NCBI GenBank assembly: GCA_000934665.2
Contig: JYFJ02001079.1
Location: 1 to 64,000, forward strand
Length of the DNA: 64,000 nt
DNA from: Catajapyx aquilonaris
Taxonomy: Eukaryota
Direction: 5' to 3'
Position 1 is the first letter of the stretch; every line of letters begins with the position of its first letter. Below, piece after piece: positions 38,931 to 51,450 of this stretch. The notes beneath the pieces were generated by a model. It was given only the letters and a program-made list of their open reading frames with translations. It made no database searches and was not told where the DNA came from. The position numbers and the translations under genes are program-made.

Positions 38931-39929
38931 AATTCCCTTCCACATAGGCTATTGCTTTGCAGTTTTGAGCATTTCCATTGCATATTAATATGCGATATAT
39001 GAATTAATCGCTCACGTTTACGTCAACTGTTCGTGACGTACGGTATCCCTTTTCACGTTAAACTTCACGTTATCGTGTAACTGGGGGGAAAAACTTGTGA
39101 ACAAGCCAAGTTCACCGTTAACCCTAGTAAATGACGATAGTCCTACATATCCAATATGCTATATATTTTTACAATCGTAATATCCAGCACGATTTACTGG
39201 TACTTATACCATGACTTACGCTCATTTCAAGATAGTATTTATCCGGACCAACGTATTACCCCAACCTGATTGATATAACCCACGTTAGAAACATATTTTT
39301 GCTCAACTTTTCTCCAGAAAAAAAACCCAGTTCCAGCATCTGAAATTTTACGAGTGGATGTAAGTTAGTTCTGATATTACCGGCCGTAAATCTCTCTCTT
39401 TGGTAAGATTCCATATTGCTGCAATTTCACATCTTTTACGGTTTGCATAAATTTTCCAGCCAAGTTTTTTTTTCGGGTGGAGAGAGGCGGGGGCTGTTTC
39501 CCTCTCTCCATCAGGTGGCCCTCCCCAGGCAATAAGAATTGACTAACAGTCTTGACGACCGTCAATCACGACACGACTGGGTGACACTTATTCGGAGACG
39601 CAAGGTTAGCTTTGTTTACCAGAAAAATGTGTCAGGGTTGGTCATAAGATGTGTTGAAAATGTGTAGGATTTTCGATACCAGTATAGTATTGAGATAAAT
39701 ATTTTTTGAATAATAACATACTGTATATTCAACTCTTTATAGACATGTAGGTAGAATTGTCTAGCGTCATAGCCCCATCTTGGACGACTATGATGTTAAA
39801 GAATAATAAGATTGGTCTAAAGCAACAGGGCGATACTATCGATACATATGTGTGTCAGACATTTCATGCAGTAGATGGAGGCGATATTTGATGCCAGCCT
39901 TGGTTTAGTTTTCATATTATTGAAGCCGG

Positions 39930-40375
39930 TGTTAATATCGATGCTCACTGCCCATAGTAAATTTCGATATACTAGTCGATTCCGATATTCAAAATCGACA
40001 CTATAAGTATTCAATATTGCTATTTGATGCACATATTTGTTATCAATAGTCAATATCGACAATTGATACCAATAGTCATTGTCGATAGTCAATATGAAAC
40101 TTGATGCCAATAGTCATTGTCGATAGTCAATATGAAATTGATGCCAATAGTCATTGTCGACAGTCAATATGAAACTTGATGCCAATAGTCATTGTCGATA
40201 GTAGTCATAGAGGATAGTAGATATCGATACTTATGCCAATGGTCATTGTCGATTGTCGATATCAGTACCAGTGCAGGTGACAGTAATTAGTGTAATATGT
40301 ATATAGTAGATCACTAGTCGTATAGATAGACTATAGAGTATAGACGATAGTATCTACATTCGATATCGATACTAC
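39930..40375. repeat. 37-38-bp GTCGAT minisatellite with degenerate flanks
   Basis: tgatgccaatagtcattgtcgatagtcaatatgaaact at ~40065-40200. Confidence 0.88.
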
Positions 40376-41022
40376 ACCCTAATTGGGCCACCTGTACAGG
40401 ATGTACCAAAAATTCCTTCCCAAGAAATTGCAGTCTTCACCCCCCATGCCGTGCTGTAGAACTTAATTTATAGACTAGTTTTTGTGTGTGTGTAGAATAC
40501 TATGTCGAGGGTGGGGAAATTAATAACCGTTGGCTAATGAACCCGGGCGTCAGTTTTTTTTGGAGGTCACCCCAGCACGCGTTTGGGGAACCCAAATTGA
40601 CACCTACCAGGGGGTGTTTTGACGCTATACAACCGGTGTAATATCCGGAGAAGAAAGATGGTCTCAATACTTGCCAACATGCGAGCAGGTACAAAGCACG
40701 CCATTTTTTTCACTCGCTTTCTTTTCGAGAAGGGAGGGGAAGGGTGGGGGGTTGGGGGGGTATTCGTGACAACCTGTACCGGCATCGAGCATTATATGAC
40801 GTACACGTGAATTATTGTTCGATAGAGTACGATACGGTGTTCCCAATTGAAATGTTCATACTCCTTTTATTGGGCACATCAACTTACTGCTTAATAAATT
40901 TCCTTTAGTAATCAAAACAGCTGCTAATGTCCAACCTTTTCAAATGTAGCATATTCAATGTAACTGGTTAAATACAAGCAGCTTAGTGCAAAAATCGCCA
41001 TAGAGATGATAGAAATTGTTTA

Positions 41023-41054
<32 letters not shown>

Positions 41055-41063
41055 ATAATAATA

Positions 41064-41137
<74 letters not shown>
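41023..41137. repeat. (TAG)n(TAA)n compound microsatellite
   Basis: Direct reading. Confidence 0.97.
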
Positions 41138-41138
<1 letters not shown>

Positions 41139-41864
41139 CAGATGACACTAATTAGCGACACTATTGGAGAGGGTGATTAGTATTTATATAAACATGACCC
41201 ACAGACTAATGCGTTTGTGTACTTTTGAAACTGCTCTTGTGTAGTGTGTGGGAGGGGCTTCATTTGCAAATCAAATTTTATTAGCCAATAGGTGAAGAAT
41301 CCGCCACATGTTAATAATGCATGTTCGGAGAGGGTGGGGGTGGGGTGTTTCCATTGTTGGATAACCCGCAGGGGGACATTAGAGGCTGGATGTGTGTGAA
41401 TATATTTTTTAGTCGAACAATCGAAAAAGATTGGCCTGGGTCACCACTGATTGCAATGGCCACCAAAAAATTCACCTTTTTTTGTTGGCCCTCGGAGCAA
41501 TAATGGTGTAGGGGACGTAATCACCTTTTGTGGGGTACCCTAATTATCCGGTGTGCCCGCATTTTGCACCAACCGTTTTTTTTCCCCCGAATTAAAAAAT
41601 GTTGAGCCTAAAAAATTTGTGTCATCATTCCAGTAAATCAGCGGGTCGTTTTTCGGTACGAATCTATAAATATGGAGCGCATTGTACGGGCTTAACTCCA
41701 TTAAAACCGATTTATGTCGAATGCAAATTCGGAGGTTTTCCAGTGGGACGGGCCTAATTCCATCAGGCGATTCGGGTTCAAACAAACAACCAAATCGTAT
41801 CCAAACCTAGCTGGGCATGAATCTACGCGATTTTGATTCCATTCATCGGGGCTTCAACAATGTC

Positions 41865-43345
41865 CCCTTGCCCCTCGCTCTGTTGGATGATCTAGTAGCC
41901 TCGTTGCCTTTACATCTTGTTCTGGTGACATTTTACACTGTTTCTATTGCTCCAGTCGCGTATTTTGCATATATTTATTAAGTTTCCGTATTATCTCCTT
42001 GCCCCGCATTATTACCCCCATCTCTTGTCCCACACTGACCAATAAAATGCCCCAATTTTTCAATTGTCCGTATCCTCTTGCCATGTTCTATTGAGTTTCA
42101 TGACAATTCCGTATTGCCCCGTTTACTTACCCCGCTCTTTAGTTCCCCCTCCTCTATTACTTCATTAACCTATTAATCCATGTAAAATACCCTTATTGCA
42201 TGTTTAATAATTTAGGTCAATTGCATTCCACCTTGCCCCTCCACCTTGCCCCGCTCTTTAGTTCCCCCTTCACTCTTACTTCATTAACATATTTATCCAT
42301 GTAACATATTCTGATCGCATTTTTCGTAATTTAGCTCAGTTGTATTACACTTTGCCCCTCCATCTTGCCCCGCGCTTTATTTACCCTCCCGGCTTACGTC
42401 ATTAACTTATTTATCAGCCATGTAACCTAGCCTTATTGCATTTTTCGCAATTTAGGAAAATTGTACTCCTCCTTGCCCCTCTACCATGCCCTTCTCATTA
42501 GTCCCATCCATTCTTGTCTTCTTATTTATTTTCCACATTATTTTCATCTTACTCGCCTACTTGCATGCTCCTACTTGCCCAAATACCTACTTGCCCCGCT
42601 CTTTCGTCCCTCCCTTCTCTCATATCATTAACATATTCTCCTTATCAGCCATCTAGCCTATTCTTATTGTAATATTTGTAATTTAGACCAATTGAATTCC
42701 ACCTTGCCCCTCCACCTTGCCCCGCCTCTTAGTCCTACCTCTCCCTTTTCATATCAGTATTTATTTTTCACATTGTTTTCCATCTCACTCGTCTTATATC
42801 ACGTTCCTCCTTGCCCAATCGCCTTATCGACTTGCCCCGTTCTGTTACTAATTTTCTCACATTTCCCCACTCCTTTGCCCCGCCCTATAGTGCTGCACTC
42901 TACCCTTGCCTTTATTAGACCCATATTGAGCAATTGTAATGCCCAGTTTATGCTTGCCCCTCACCTCAACTTGCCCCTTTTCTTACCATGCCCCACTCAT
43001 TTACCTCCTTGCCCCGATCTAGTGCCTCGCTATATTTCCCCATATTGAGCAAGTGTAATGTTCAATTTCTGCTCACCCTCCTCTCACCTTGCCCCTTTTC
43101 TCACCTTGCCCCCACTATTTTACCTCCTTGCCCCGTCATAGTGCATCGCTCTATTTTCCGCCATATTGAGCAATTGTAATGTTCAATTTCTGCTCACCCT
43201 CCTCTCACCTTGCCCCTTTTCTCACCTTGCCCCACTGTTTTACCTCCTTGCCCCGTCATAGTGCCGCGCTGTATTTCCCCCATATTGAGCAATTTCTGTT
43301 CACCCTCCTCTCACCTTGCCCCTTTTCTCACCTTGCCCCTCCTCT
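41865..43345. repeat. Pyrimidine-rich CTTGCCCC satellite (~120-bp units, progressively degenerate leftwards)
   Basis: ccatattgagcaa... units begin ~42921, 43040, 43161, 43280; many ttgccc cores throughout. Confidence 0.9.
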
Positions 43346-44003
43346 CTCTTCCTTCGCTTTCACCCCTCAAAAAAAATCGCATTTCAGCAGGGCACTTACA
43401 TGTGCTAACCCCAGTATTTGCGCAGGGATTCTTAGTCCGTGTCAACAAGATTTACCGTTTGCTTACGGGGGTCTTCCAACGGAATCCCAGTTTATCTTTC
43501 CCAGATGTTTCTTGGAGTTGGGGTAATGACTCTGGAGATTTGGAGGAAGGTTTCCACTGTGTCCTTCTCTTCAGCAGGCCTTGCTTTTCAAGCTACTCTC
43601 TAATCGACCCCCTCACAAAGTTATAATGAGCCTCAGCTTCGAAAAAATACATGTTTCAGTGGGCAATCTACAACTACCGCCCACCTGGAGGGCTACAGAC
43701 ATTCTGACTCATCCTGTACGCTACTGTGTAATTCAGGTCGCAAAAATTCTACAAAAATTCATAGATCACACTTCAAAACCCACTTTGTCATTGTAATGCA
43801 TCTAAATTTACCTGCATTAATTTTAGGGGTGATTTGAGTCATCTGAGATGTAATTAGGCAAAATGGAGGACCGCGTCACGACAAGTGGCCGGTTGTAAGC
43901 TTGGAAATTCCCAGCCATTAAAGGTCCGGAAGAGTTATGTCCGGTAGTTGGGAAGCCGCAACGTCCGCACGATGAGGTAAAAACAAAAACCCACATTTTC
44001 CTA

Positions 44004-44018
44004 CCACCAGAGGGCTTA
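44004..44018 (+). promoter_or_regulatory. Candidate CTCF site
   Basis: CCACCAGAGGGC matches the first 12 positions of CCASYAGRKGGC exactly. Confidence 0.35.
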
Positions 44019-44109
44019 TTATCTATCGCAAAGTTTGATTAACATTCCTGGAGACTAGTCAGCACCATGAAATCTTTTAATTCGTAAAAAAAAACAGTTT
44101 TTTCTGTAT

Positions 44110-44660
44110 TGGTGAGAGTGATTCGAGTAGACATTTTATTGTTTACCAGATCATAAGCGGCCAGTGACCTAAAGTTGACCTTTAAGCATATTTAGATCAC
44201 GCTTAATCCGAATCCGAAAATCGGGTGCGGCTATCTCACACAGTTTAGTCCCTGATACTTGTCCACTGACGGACATACACTTTTTAAAGAGAAAAAGTGT
44301 GAAAACCTACTAATTCCAACACTGTTTAATATTAACAATGCTTATAGGGACTACTCAGCACTGCAATCTATTAATTCGTGGTTTTCTGTCAAAACAAGAT
44401 GAGGGTGTGATTCGAGTATACTTTTTATTATTTATCAGAACATCAGAAGAGGCCAGTGACCTCAAATTGACCATGATACCTATATAGAACAAGCTGAATC
44501 TGAATCAGAAAACCGTTTGTGCCAATCTCCACCGGTTTACGCCCTGATACGTGTCCACAGACAGACGGACACTTTTTCTAAGAGAAAATGTGCAAAAAAA
44601 CGACTAATTACAACACGGTTTAATATTAACAATGGTTTTACCGCCACAAATACGGACACT
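44110..44660 (+). mobile_element. Tandem dimer of a ~290-bp dispersed repeat
   Basis: gattcgagta at 44120 and 44409; ggccagtgacct, tgtccac.gac.gac and tttaatattaacaatg each present twice; third copy at ~26030-26260. Confidence 0.8.
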
Positions 44661-45141
44661 TAATAATTCAAGCTCATAAGTACTATCTTTTGCTAGATTT
44701 TTTTCTCTAGCCAATCCCTCTTCTTCCGGAGATTATTTTGACTAATCGGATTAGGCGTTTTTCTTTTCCTTCCTCATAGTAAATTTTGAAAACCTGAAAA
44801 GTAAGTAATTACACTCGTCTCTAGACCACATTTCGAGCCATATTTTTTTGAGTCTGGAGTGGTTAAGAATGTAATTATGATTATAAGAATTAGTCCGGTT
44901 TTTATTAGGCCCCTGGAGGGGGGTGTGGTTATAAATTAACCTCATCATCAACTATGGTAAAACGTGGCTTTAAGATCGATTTGGTTTAAAAAACTGGATT
45001 TTGAGGCTATTCAGCTATTACTGTACTTAAAACTGGTTAATCATAATATAGAATTGGTTTGAGTCTGTGCCTCTGTTTGTCCACGGAAGGCCACAGAGAG
45101 AATGACCATTTATATGACGGTTTATGGTACTGTGTGAACAG

Positions 45142-45194
45142 TGGACTGTTAGCCGATACACTGTAATAATTACAGTGTATCGGCTAACAGTCCA
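45142..45194. repeat. Perfect palindrome, 26-bp arms, 1-nt spacer
   Basis: tggactgttagccgatacactgtaat A attacagtgtatcggctaacagtcca. Confidence 0.97.
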
Positions 45195-46029
45195 AACATT
45201 TCAGAAAATAGTTTATCCGATTTGTCCGAACCTTGACATGTGGACATACAGACATCGACTTTAATTGAACAAGTACACTCTATGTTGTCACTTTCCTTGT
45301 ACGGTTCCTTCCAAATTGATATTTCTTTGTCTCCAGGGCAATATTACAAATGGCGTCCAAGGTCCTGTCTGCAGAAGAGTCAGTGCAGCTGACATGCAGG
45401 TGACGCAAGACATATTCTCTATACTTTCCTTCTGGGGCCCTGACCTACTCTGCTATATTGCTAGAACAAGCCAACGGTCCCAAAATGGCCGTTAAAAAGT
45501 GCTGGCAGGGCTAGATACGGATGAGGAGCATTGGTACCTGCTGACGAAGAGGGTTTTCATGTAGCAGGACTTGATATGGTGCCCAGCTGGGTGGACTTTT
45601 CTCCCCAAAAAATACCAGTCTACTAATACTATGATTAGTCTTTCAAAAACCGGAGCTACCTAAACTAGGACCTAGGCCTAGTAGGCCTAGCTCATCTGAG
45701 GCAACAAACCTTCTTGCTACGAGGGTGCTAACCTTGCAGGCTTCTCCTAACATGATTTTCGCATCAAATATGCAAAAAGAGCGGCTTTTGCAAAGCAAAG
45801 TAAGTGGAGCGGCTGGAGAGGTATGGTTAACTAATGCTGATTGCATCAAAAGGAGATTTTGATGGAGGTATTGGAGACGGGAAGGAACCACGGAAAAGGA
45901 CAAGGTGATACCAAGAACTTAGAACAAAGTTGGGTTCTAGGATGAAACGTTTGTAGTACAAAATATGAGGACTTGCTGTCGCCAGATGTAAGAAGACCGT
46001 ATCTCAAAAAACTAGTAAGAGTGAAAGCG

Positions 46030-46330
46030 TCAGTTGTCCCCTACCTCGCTAATAGCTCGTCAATAAGGTTTGAAAAACTGCACTAAACTGCTGATTAAGC
46101 AGCTAATTTGAGATAATATAAGTAGCTACTACTTTTGATAACTACTATGGCTACCACTAGTTGTAGGAAGAAATATTTTTAATGCAAAAATGAGTTGCGC
46201 CCACCTCACTAACAGCTCGTCAAGAAGATTTGCAAAATCACCGATTCTGCACTAAGCTGCTGATTAAGCAGCTAATTTGATTCACAAGAGCTAATATGAG
46301 TAGCTAATACTTTTGATAACTAATATGTGG
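46030..46330. repeat. Diverged direct duplication (~120-135-bp copies)
   Basis: agctcgtcaa...ctgcactaa.ctgctgattaagcagctaatttga...gtagcta.tacttttgataacta.tatg twice. Confidence 0.85.
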
Positions 46331-47914
46331 AAATAATCGCTTTGAAATAAAACGTGTGGCAGGGAATGATATACCAATAATAACGGCTTCTGGACCCATT
46401 TGGACGAACAGTGATTGCTCTTTTCAGTAGCTGCTACTAAAGGCTATCAAAGCAAGCAAATGGACCCGGAGACGGGGGCACCCGATTACAAGACCCAGCG
46501 TAATAACCGCACAACAAAACAGTGTAACCGCACAGCAATATGAAGTCGTAAAACCCAATCCTGAGAAGACCATAAAGCGTTGAGGCACAAAGGTCATAAA
46601 ACCACAAAAGGGCGGGGCATCATCAGAGAGAGCTAGAGAGAGAAGGCGCTAGGGCCTCCTACGCAATAGTAATCAATAAAGCTATACTACGACGCGCCAT
46701 AGAAGGCTATAAAGCAATAGAAAGGCGGCTTCGTGTGGATGAAATCGCTCCGGGAATCCATGGAAATCCGGGAAAGGCTATAGACATCCCCCTCCAGTGA
46801 TTTGTTCCATTCAATAAAACCCTGTACAGTCCTCCGCAAAATGACCGCTCCACTGCAAATATAACAATTTTAGTTAGGGATGTGAATTATTGTGTAATTT
46901 TGATTTTTTTGCGTTACGCGGGAGGAAATTTATTAATTTTAAATTGTGATTTCAATTTTCAATATTAATTATTTCATTTCATTTTTTATGATTTTAATTA
47001 TGATTTTCAATTTTTATTTCAACTGAACTTTATTTATTTATTTATATTTATGATTTTATGTAGTGTTCCATTTATTTATAATTGTGATTTTCATTTATTC
47101 ATTTATTTGTAAATTATGGTTTGTAATTTTTAATTTTTAATTTTAATTGTCTAAAATGTTAATAATTATTTAAATTATTATTCATAACTTGTAATGTTAA
47201 TTTATTAATTTTGTGAAAATAATTTTGATACTAATTTTTAATAATTGTTGGATATAATAACTGTTACCGTACTTTATACATTTCAACATCCATTAATTTC
47301 AATATTATCGAAGACTAAGAAGCTATATGTTCCAACTGAAATGCCATTAGCTATCCATTTGGGCACTAAGCTGCTTAATTTGAAACAGCTATTATTCTTG
47401 CCATCACAAATATTAGCTGGTAGTATTAGGTCAAATAGAGCTGATACTATCGATTCAAAATCGTTACAAATCCTGAGTCTTGCAGTGATTACGTAGGTGT
47501 CACGTACCTCTGAAAGTCAATTCATATAGACTCACGTCAACCCAAACCCAGGGTTTATTTCCCTCCATCAGGAACCAGGGGGAGCTCTCCGTTTGCTTAG
47601 TAATTCTAGTCCCGGAAAATCCGAGGGGTGAACTAATCCTGACCAGAACAGACCGATTTAATTGAAACACAACTCTCCCAGCTTCCCTGTGTCGCCCTCA
47701 CACACTTGAATTTTGCATTAGGAAGGATCGAGTTTTTCCACCTGTTAAATATGACTCGAAACACCTGGAAGCATGCCATGAGTACAGTATCGCTCAGCGC
47801 TATTTTACATTTAGCATAATGCCTTACGCTATGATGACGTTTGAGGTCATATGTTGTAAATTTTATAGTTGAATAATTTGAAAGTAGCAGTGACAAATCG
47901 CAGTTAGCGCTTAA

Positions 47915-48046
47915 GGAATCTACGACATTTGGTGGACCAATTTAATCAGCAACCAAAAGGCAGCAACCAAATGGCACGGCAGCCAATTGACCGGCGGCGA
48001 TTTGCCTGGCAGCCAATTGACACGGCAACCAATTGTCGGGATACCG
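47915..48046. mobile_element. Partial copy of the GGCAGCCAATTGAC foldback family
   Basis: ~15-bp sub-repeats; 25-bp identity (inverted) with 8950-8974. Confidence 0.6.
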
Positions 48047-48254
48047 GTTTTTACGAATTCATAAAATTGTTCTCATCAGTTAGGCCACACCCGACGCGTG
48101 TTTGGGCAAAGTCTGCGCATTTATGAGCCTATAAATGGCAGACAACGCAAATATTTTGAGTGTGTGATTATGTGAAGGAACATGGGCTAAAGACGCTGTG
48201 TGATGAGCAAAGGAGCCAAGATAACTGCTATAAGGTGTGTCCTCATTCCCCTTC

Positions 48255-48335
48255 CCAAGCCCTTATCCGAGGCCCTCTTGTTATGGCCTGGGATGAACGT
48301 GACTACTACCATAATTGCCAAGTGTGGCTTCCAGC
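48255..48335 (+). pseudogene. Possible pogo/Tigger-like transposase remnant
   Basis: Frameshifted reading LSEAL/MAWDE/VTTTIIAKCGF resembles the AW..V...TI....KCGF motif after the pogo-type DDE domain (from recall, not aligned). Confidence 0.35.
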
Positions 48336-48567
48336 GATGGCACACTTTGGACGTGGCTGCACCACCAGCAGAAATGGATATAGCTACTGCTTCTATTACT
48401 TATTTTTTAGGAGAACCCTGCGCTTCCTTGAGTGCATCGCTTGATAATTAAGCAAGGAAGGTTACTTCAGTAAGGAGGGCATCGTTAGATGCATCTTGAC
48501 TTAATACATGGCATACTTGAGAAGGCTAGTCTTTCGTATCGGGAAACCCCGTACTTTTGCCGACACT

Positions 48568-48660
48568 GCTGAAGGATAGGTGCATATCCGCTGATGAATG
48601 GGCGTGTATCCGCTGAAGGATAGGCATGTATCCGCCGAGAAGGACGGTTATAGGATAGGT
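48568..48660. repeat. ~23-bp tandem repeat (tatccgctgaaggataggc), ~4 copies
   Basis: Direct reading. Confidence 0.75.
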
Positions 48661-48821
48661 TGGTTCGGCGTTCGACGTCTTTATTTTGAGACTTGTATGC
48701 TAGTAGCTAATAATTGCAATAACAGCTAAAATAGCTGTTGGAAAGTACTTTGGGCCATAAATCGCTGACTCCTAAAATTGTTGGAAGACACCACTAATTA
48801 ATTCCATGAAATTAATTAATA

Positions 48822-49138
48822 CTCGCTGCGGCACCCGGCGTTGCCCGGGAAGAAATGAATGAAGGGAAAACACCTGCCAGTACCCCCGTCAACTGTCTGT
48901 CTTTCTGTGTGTCCGGCCACCAATGCCATCTGTGGTCCTGCTACTCCAACACCTTGAACCTCTCCCGCCTGTATAACGGCAACCGTCATTTGCCTGCCAT
49001 CTGTCGTCAACCCCCAACACCTCTATCCTTTCCCGGCATGGGGGTGGAGCACAGATGGCAGGCAAATGACTGTTGGCAGGCGGACAGACAGACCGATAGG
49101 CAGACAGACAGACTCACATTCGGCTTTATTTATATAGA
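48822..49138 (-). mobile_element. Non-autonomous Helitron (317 bp), copy 2
   Basis: Collinear with 37375-37679; same 5' A|TC end; 3' CTAG mutated to CGAG; longer (CTGT)n tract. Confidence 0.9.
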
Positions 49139-49249
49139 TTTATTTAATTATTTGATTTACCTGCAATTAAAAATACCCAATTAGAAACTATTTTTAAAGG
49201 CGATTAAAATAAAATTGAAGTATACCATGATGTGCATTATTGAAAGGTT

Positions 49250-49480
49250 CTGCAAGTCCGCTAGAGACATACTTGGAAATAAGGAAATCCCATATGTGAT
49301 AATGCAATATTCAAGCCCCTCGAGACTATATAAAATCACCTTTTGACTTTTGATCGTTCGTTTCAATTGTAAAATGTACAACTGTTGACCTTCTGACACA
49401 GTTTTCTCAACTTGAATTGATCTTTGTACAAATAGTACGTCCCTTTTTATAGATACAAGTCCAACAAAGCCAAACCTTAT
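49250..49480 (-). pseudogene. Probable degenerate non-LTR retrotransposon (CR1/L2/Rex1-like) ORF2 C-terminal remnant
   Basis: VEKTVSEGQQLYILQLKR...ILYSLEGLEYCIITYG...LADLQ resembles the post-RT pattern KAQQRLYFLRxLK...Y...ES.L.YCI..W.G...LQ (from recall). Confidence 0.45.
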
Positions 49481-50291
49481 ACAATATGCTCTATTCATGA
49501 TTGTACTATACATACTGTACTGTACAATACCTGATTGTTGTTCCAGTTGCTTGTATCGTCCAATAATGCTAGACTACCCTTCGAAAAAAAAATCGCATCA
49601 ATCTCTATGCAAAAAAACCGGGGGGGCCTATTTCCTATTTTATAACCGAGCTTGAAACTAACCTGCGCAAAATCGATCCAAATCCATTCAATAATACATG
49701 AAGCGATTGGAGGAAGTCGCCCATGTCACTCCCCCTATTTTGCCTCTGATCAATAAGAGAAGGGCACCCCCCCTCTCTCTCCGCTTGCAAACACAATTCT
49801 GCAGACAAGTTACGGCTATTTTGCAATTTTCCACCTGGGGAGAGGCGGCGGACCTTAGTCTCCCTCATGCATAATGCTTCCCATAGTCTTCCTGAGGGAC
49901 TATCTGAAAGCGCCTTTGGCTTCGGAAGTAATGCGAATGATGAGCCACAGGTGAAAGCTCCACCGGACACCATTAGAAAGCCATGCAAAATGCATGGATA
50001 GGTTGGAGTGTGCTGTAGGAGGCTGAGGGAGAAGAGCTGTTTGGGAGTAAGGCCAGCTGAGAGTGGCGGAGGAGGATGCTTGGGATTGGCTCAAGAACTG
50101 GCTTTGGTTGATTGGAGGATTAGTTCGGATGGTCATGGCTTGTAATTAATGGTGGTTAAATACGGTATATGATTTGGACCAAATATGACAATGACATAAC
50201 TTTATTGTCAAGATATTATAAATCGCATGCGCAGAAAATATCCTTGTGGATTTCATGGATATCCACGATATTTTCATAGATCTTATGGATA

Positions 50292-50357
50292 TCTATATAA
50301 ATAAAGCAGTTTGTGAGTCTGTCTGTCTGTCCGCCTGCCCACCGTCATTTGCCTGTC
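50292..50357 (+). mobile_element. 5' fragment of the same Helitron family, copy 3
   Basis: A|TCTATATAAATAAAGCAGTTTGTGAGTCTGTCTGTCTGTCCGCCTGCC...TTTGCCTGTC. Confidence 0.88.
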
Positions 50358-50829
50358 TATGGGCAGGGGAGGGGAAGTAGGAATTTCACGATTTTTTGTG
50401 GGGATATTTTGTGCTTGTTGGAAGACTAGGCTAGGCTAGCCGAGGCCTGGGGAAAAATATTTGTATCATCAGTGAATAAAGTTTTGTCCCGCCATGCTTG
50501 TGACTTCCAAATGACCCTGTGACCCATTTTTGATGGGGGCAGAGGTCAGATTATGACCACACCTTTTTTTAAAAAAATTTGGTGCATTGACATTGACATA
50601 TGCCGCTCTCCAATATGGGTCGCGGTCATTTTGAGCAGGTAACTATAGGTGCGTTTTTTATTCCTTTGGGTGGGCTACCAAGGAAATCGGTGAGGTTGGA
50701 ATTTTACGAGTTGGAAAATGTCCCAAGTTGTCAGGGCCCATGCACTATGAAATGCAAATTTCACCTTATTCGCAAACCTTGTATTATGTGATGGCAGGCT
50801 GGGATTATGGTCATATTTTATAAACATCT

Positions 50830-51450
50830 GAACATTTGTACGTATTGATACATACAAATACTCCATGTTTATTGATATCGGTAAAACTACGTATTCTTTT
50901 CTGTATCGACCAAGTGATCTATCAGTATCCATCAAACGATACATCGACAGTGAGCAAATGGCATATTGATACTGACTAAATGATATATCGATATTGATCA
51001 AGCAATATGTAGATACATACCATACAATTACGTCTGTATCGATCAAGTAATCTATCGGTATCTCTCAAACGATACATCAATAGGCCTACTGATCAAATGA
51101 CATCGGCTTTGACTAAATGATATTTTTATATTGATCAAGCGATATATCGACACATACCAGATACGTCTGTATCGACCAAATGATATATCAGTATCTCTTA
51201 AACGATACATCGATATTGATCAAATGACATCGATATTACTAAATTGTACGTATATAACAATATAATGGCATATAATAAAACGATATATTAATATACCGGT
51301 ACACTAGATAATTCCATCGATATTGATAAACGATATATTAATATACACCAGATATATCGATATTGGCCAAACGATATAATTATCGGTGTCGATCAAAATA
51401 TTTTCTATATATCCATCAGCTAAGTTGCAATAAATCGATATATCGGACCA
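50830..51450. repeat. Degenerate ATCGAT/ACGATA array with ~130-bp internal duplication
   Basis: ctgtatcga.caa.t.at.tatc.gtatc...aaacgatacatc occurs three times (~50901, 51034, 51167). Confidence 0.82.
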
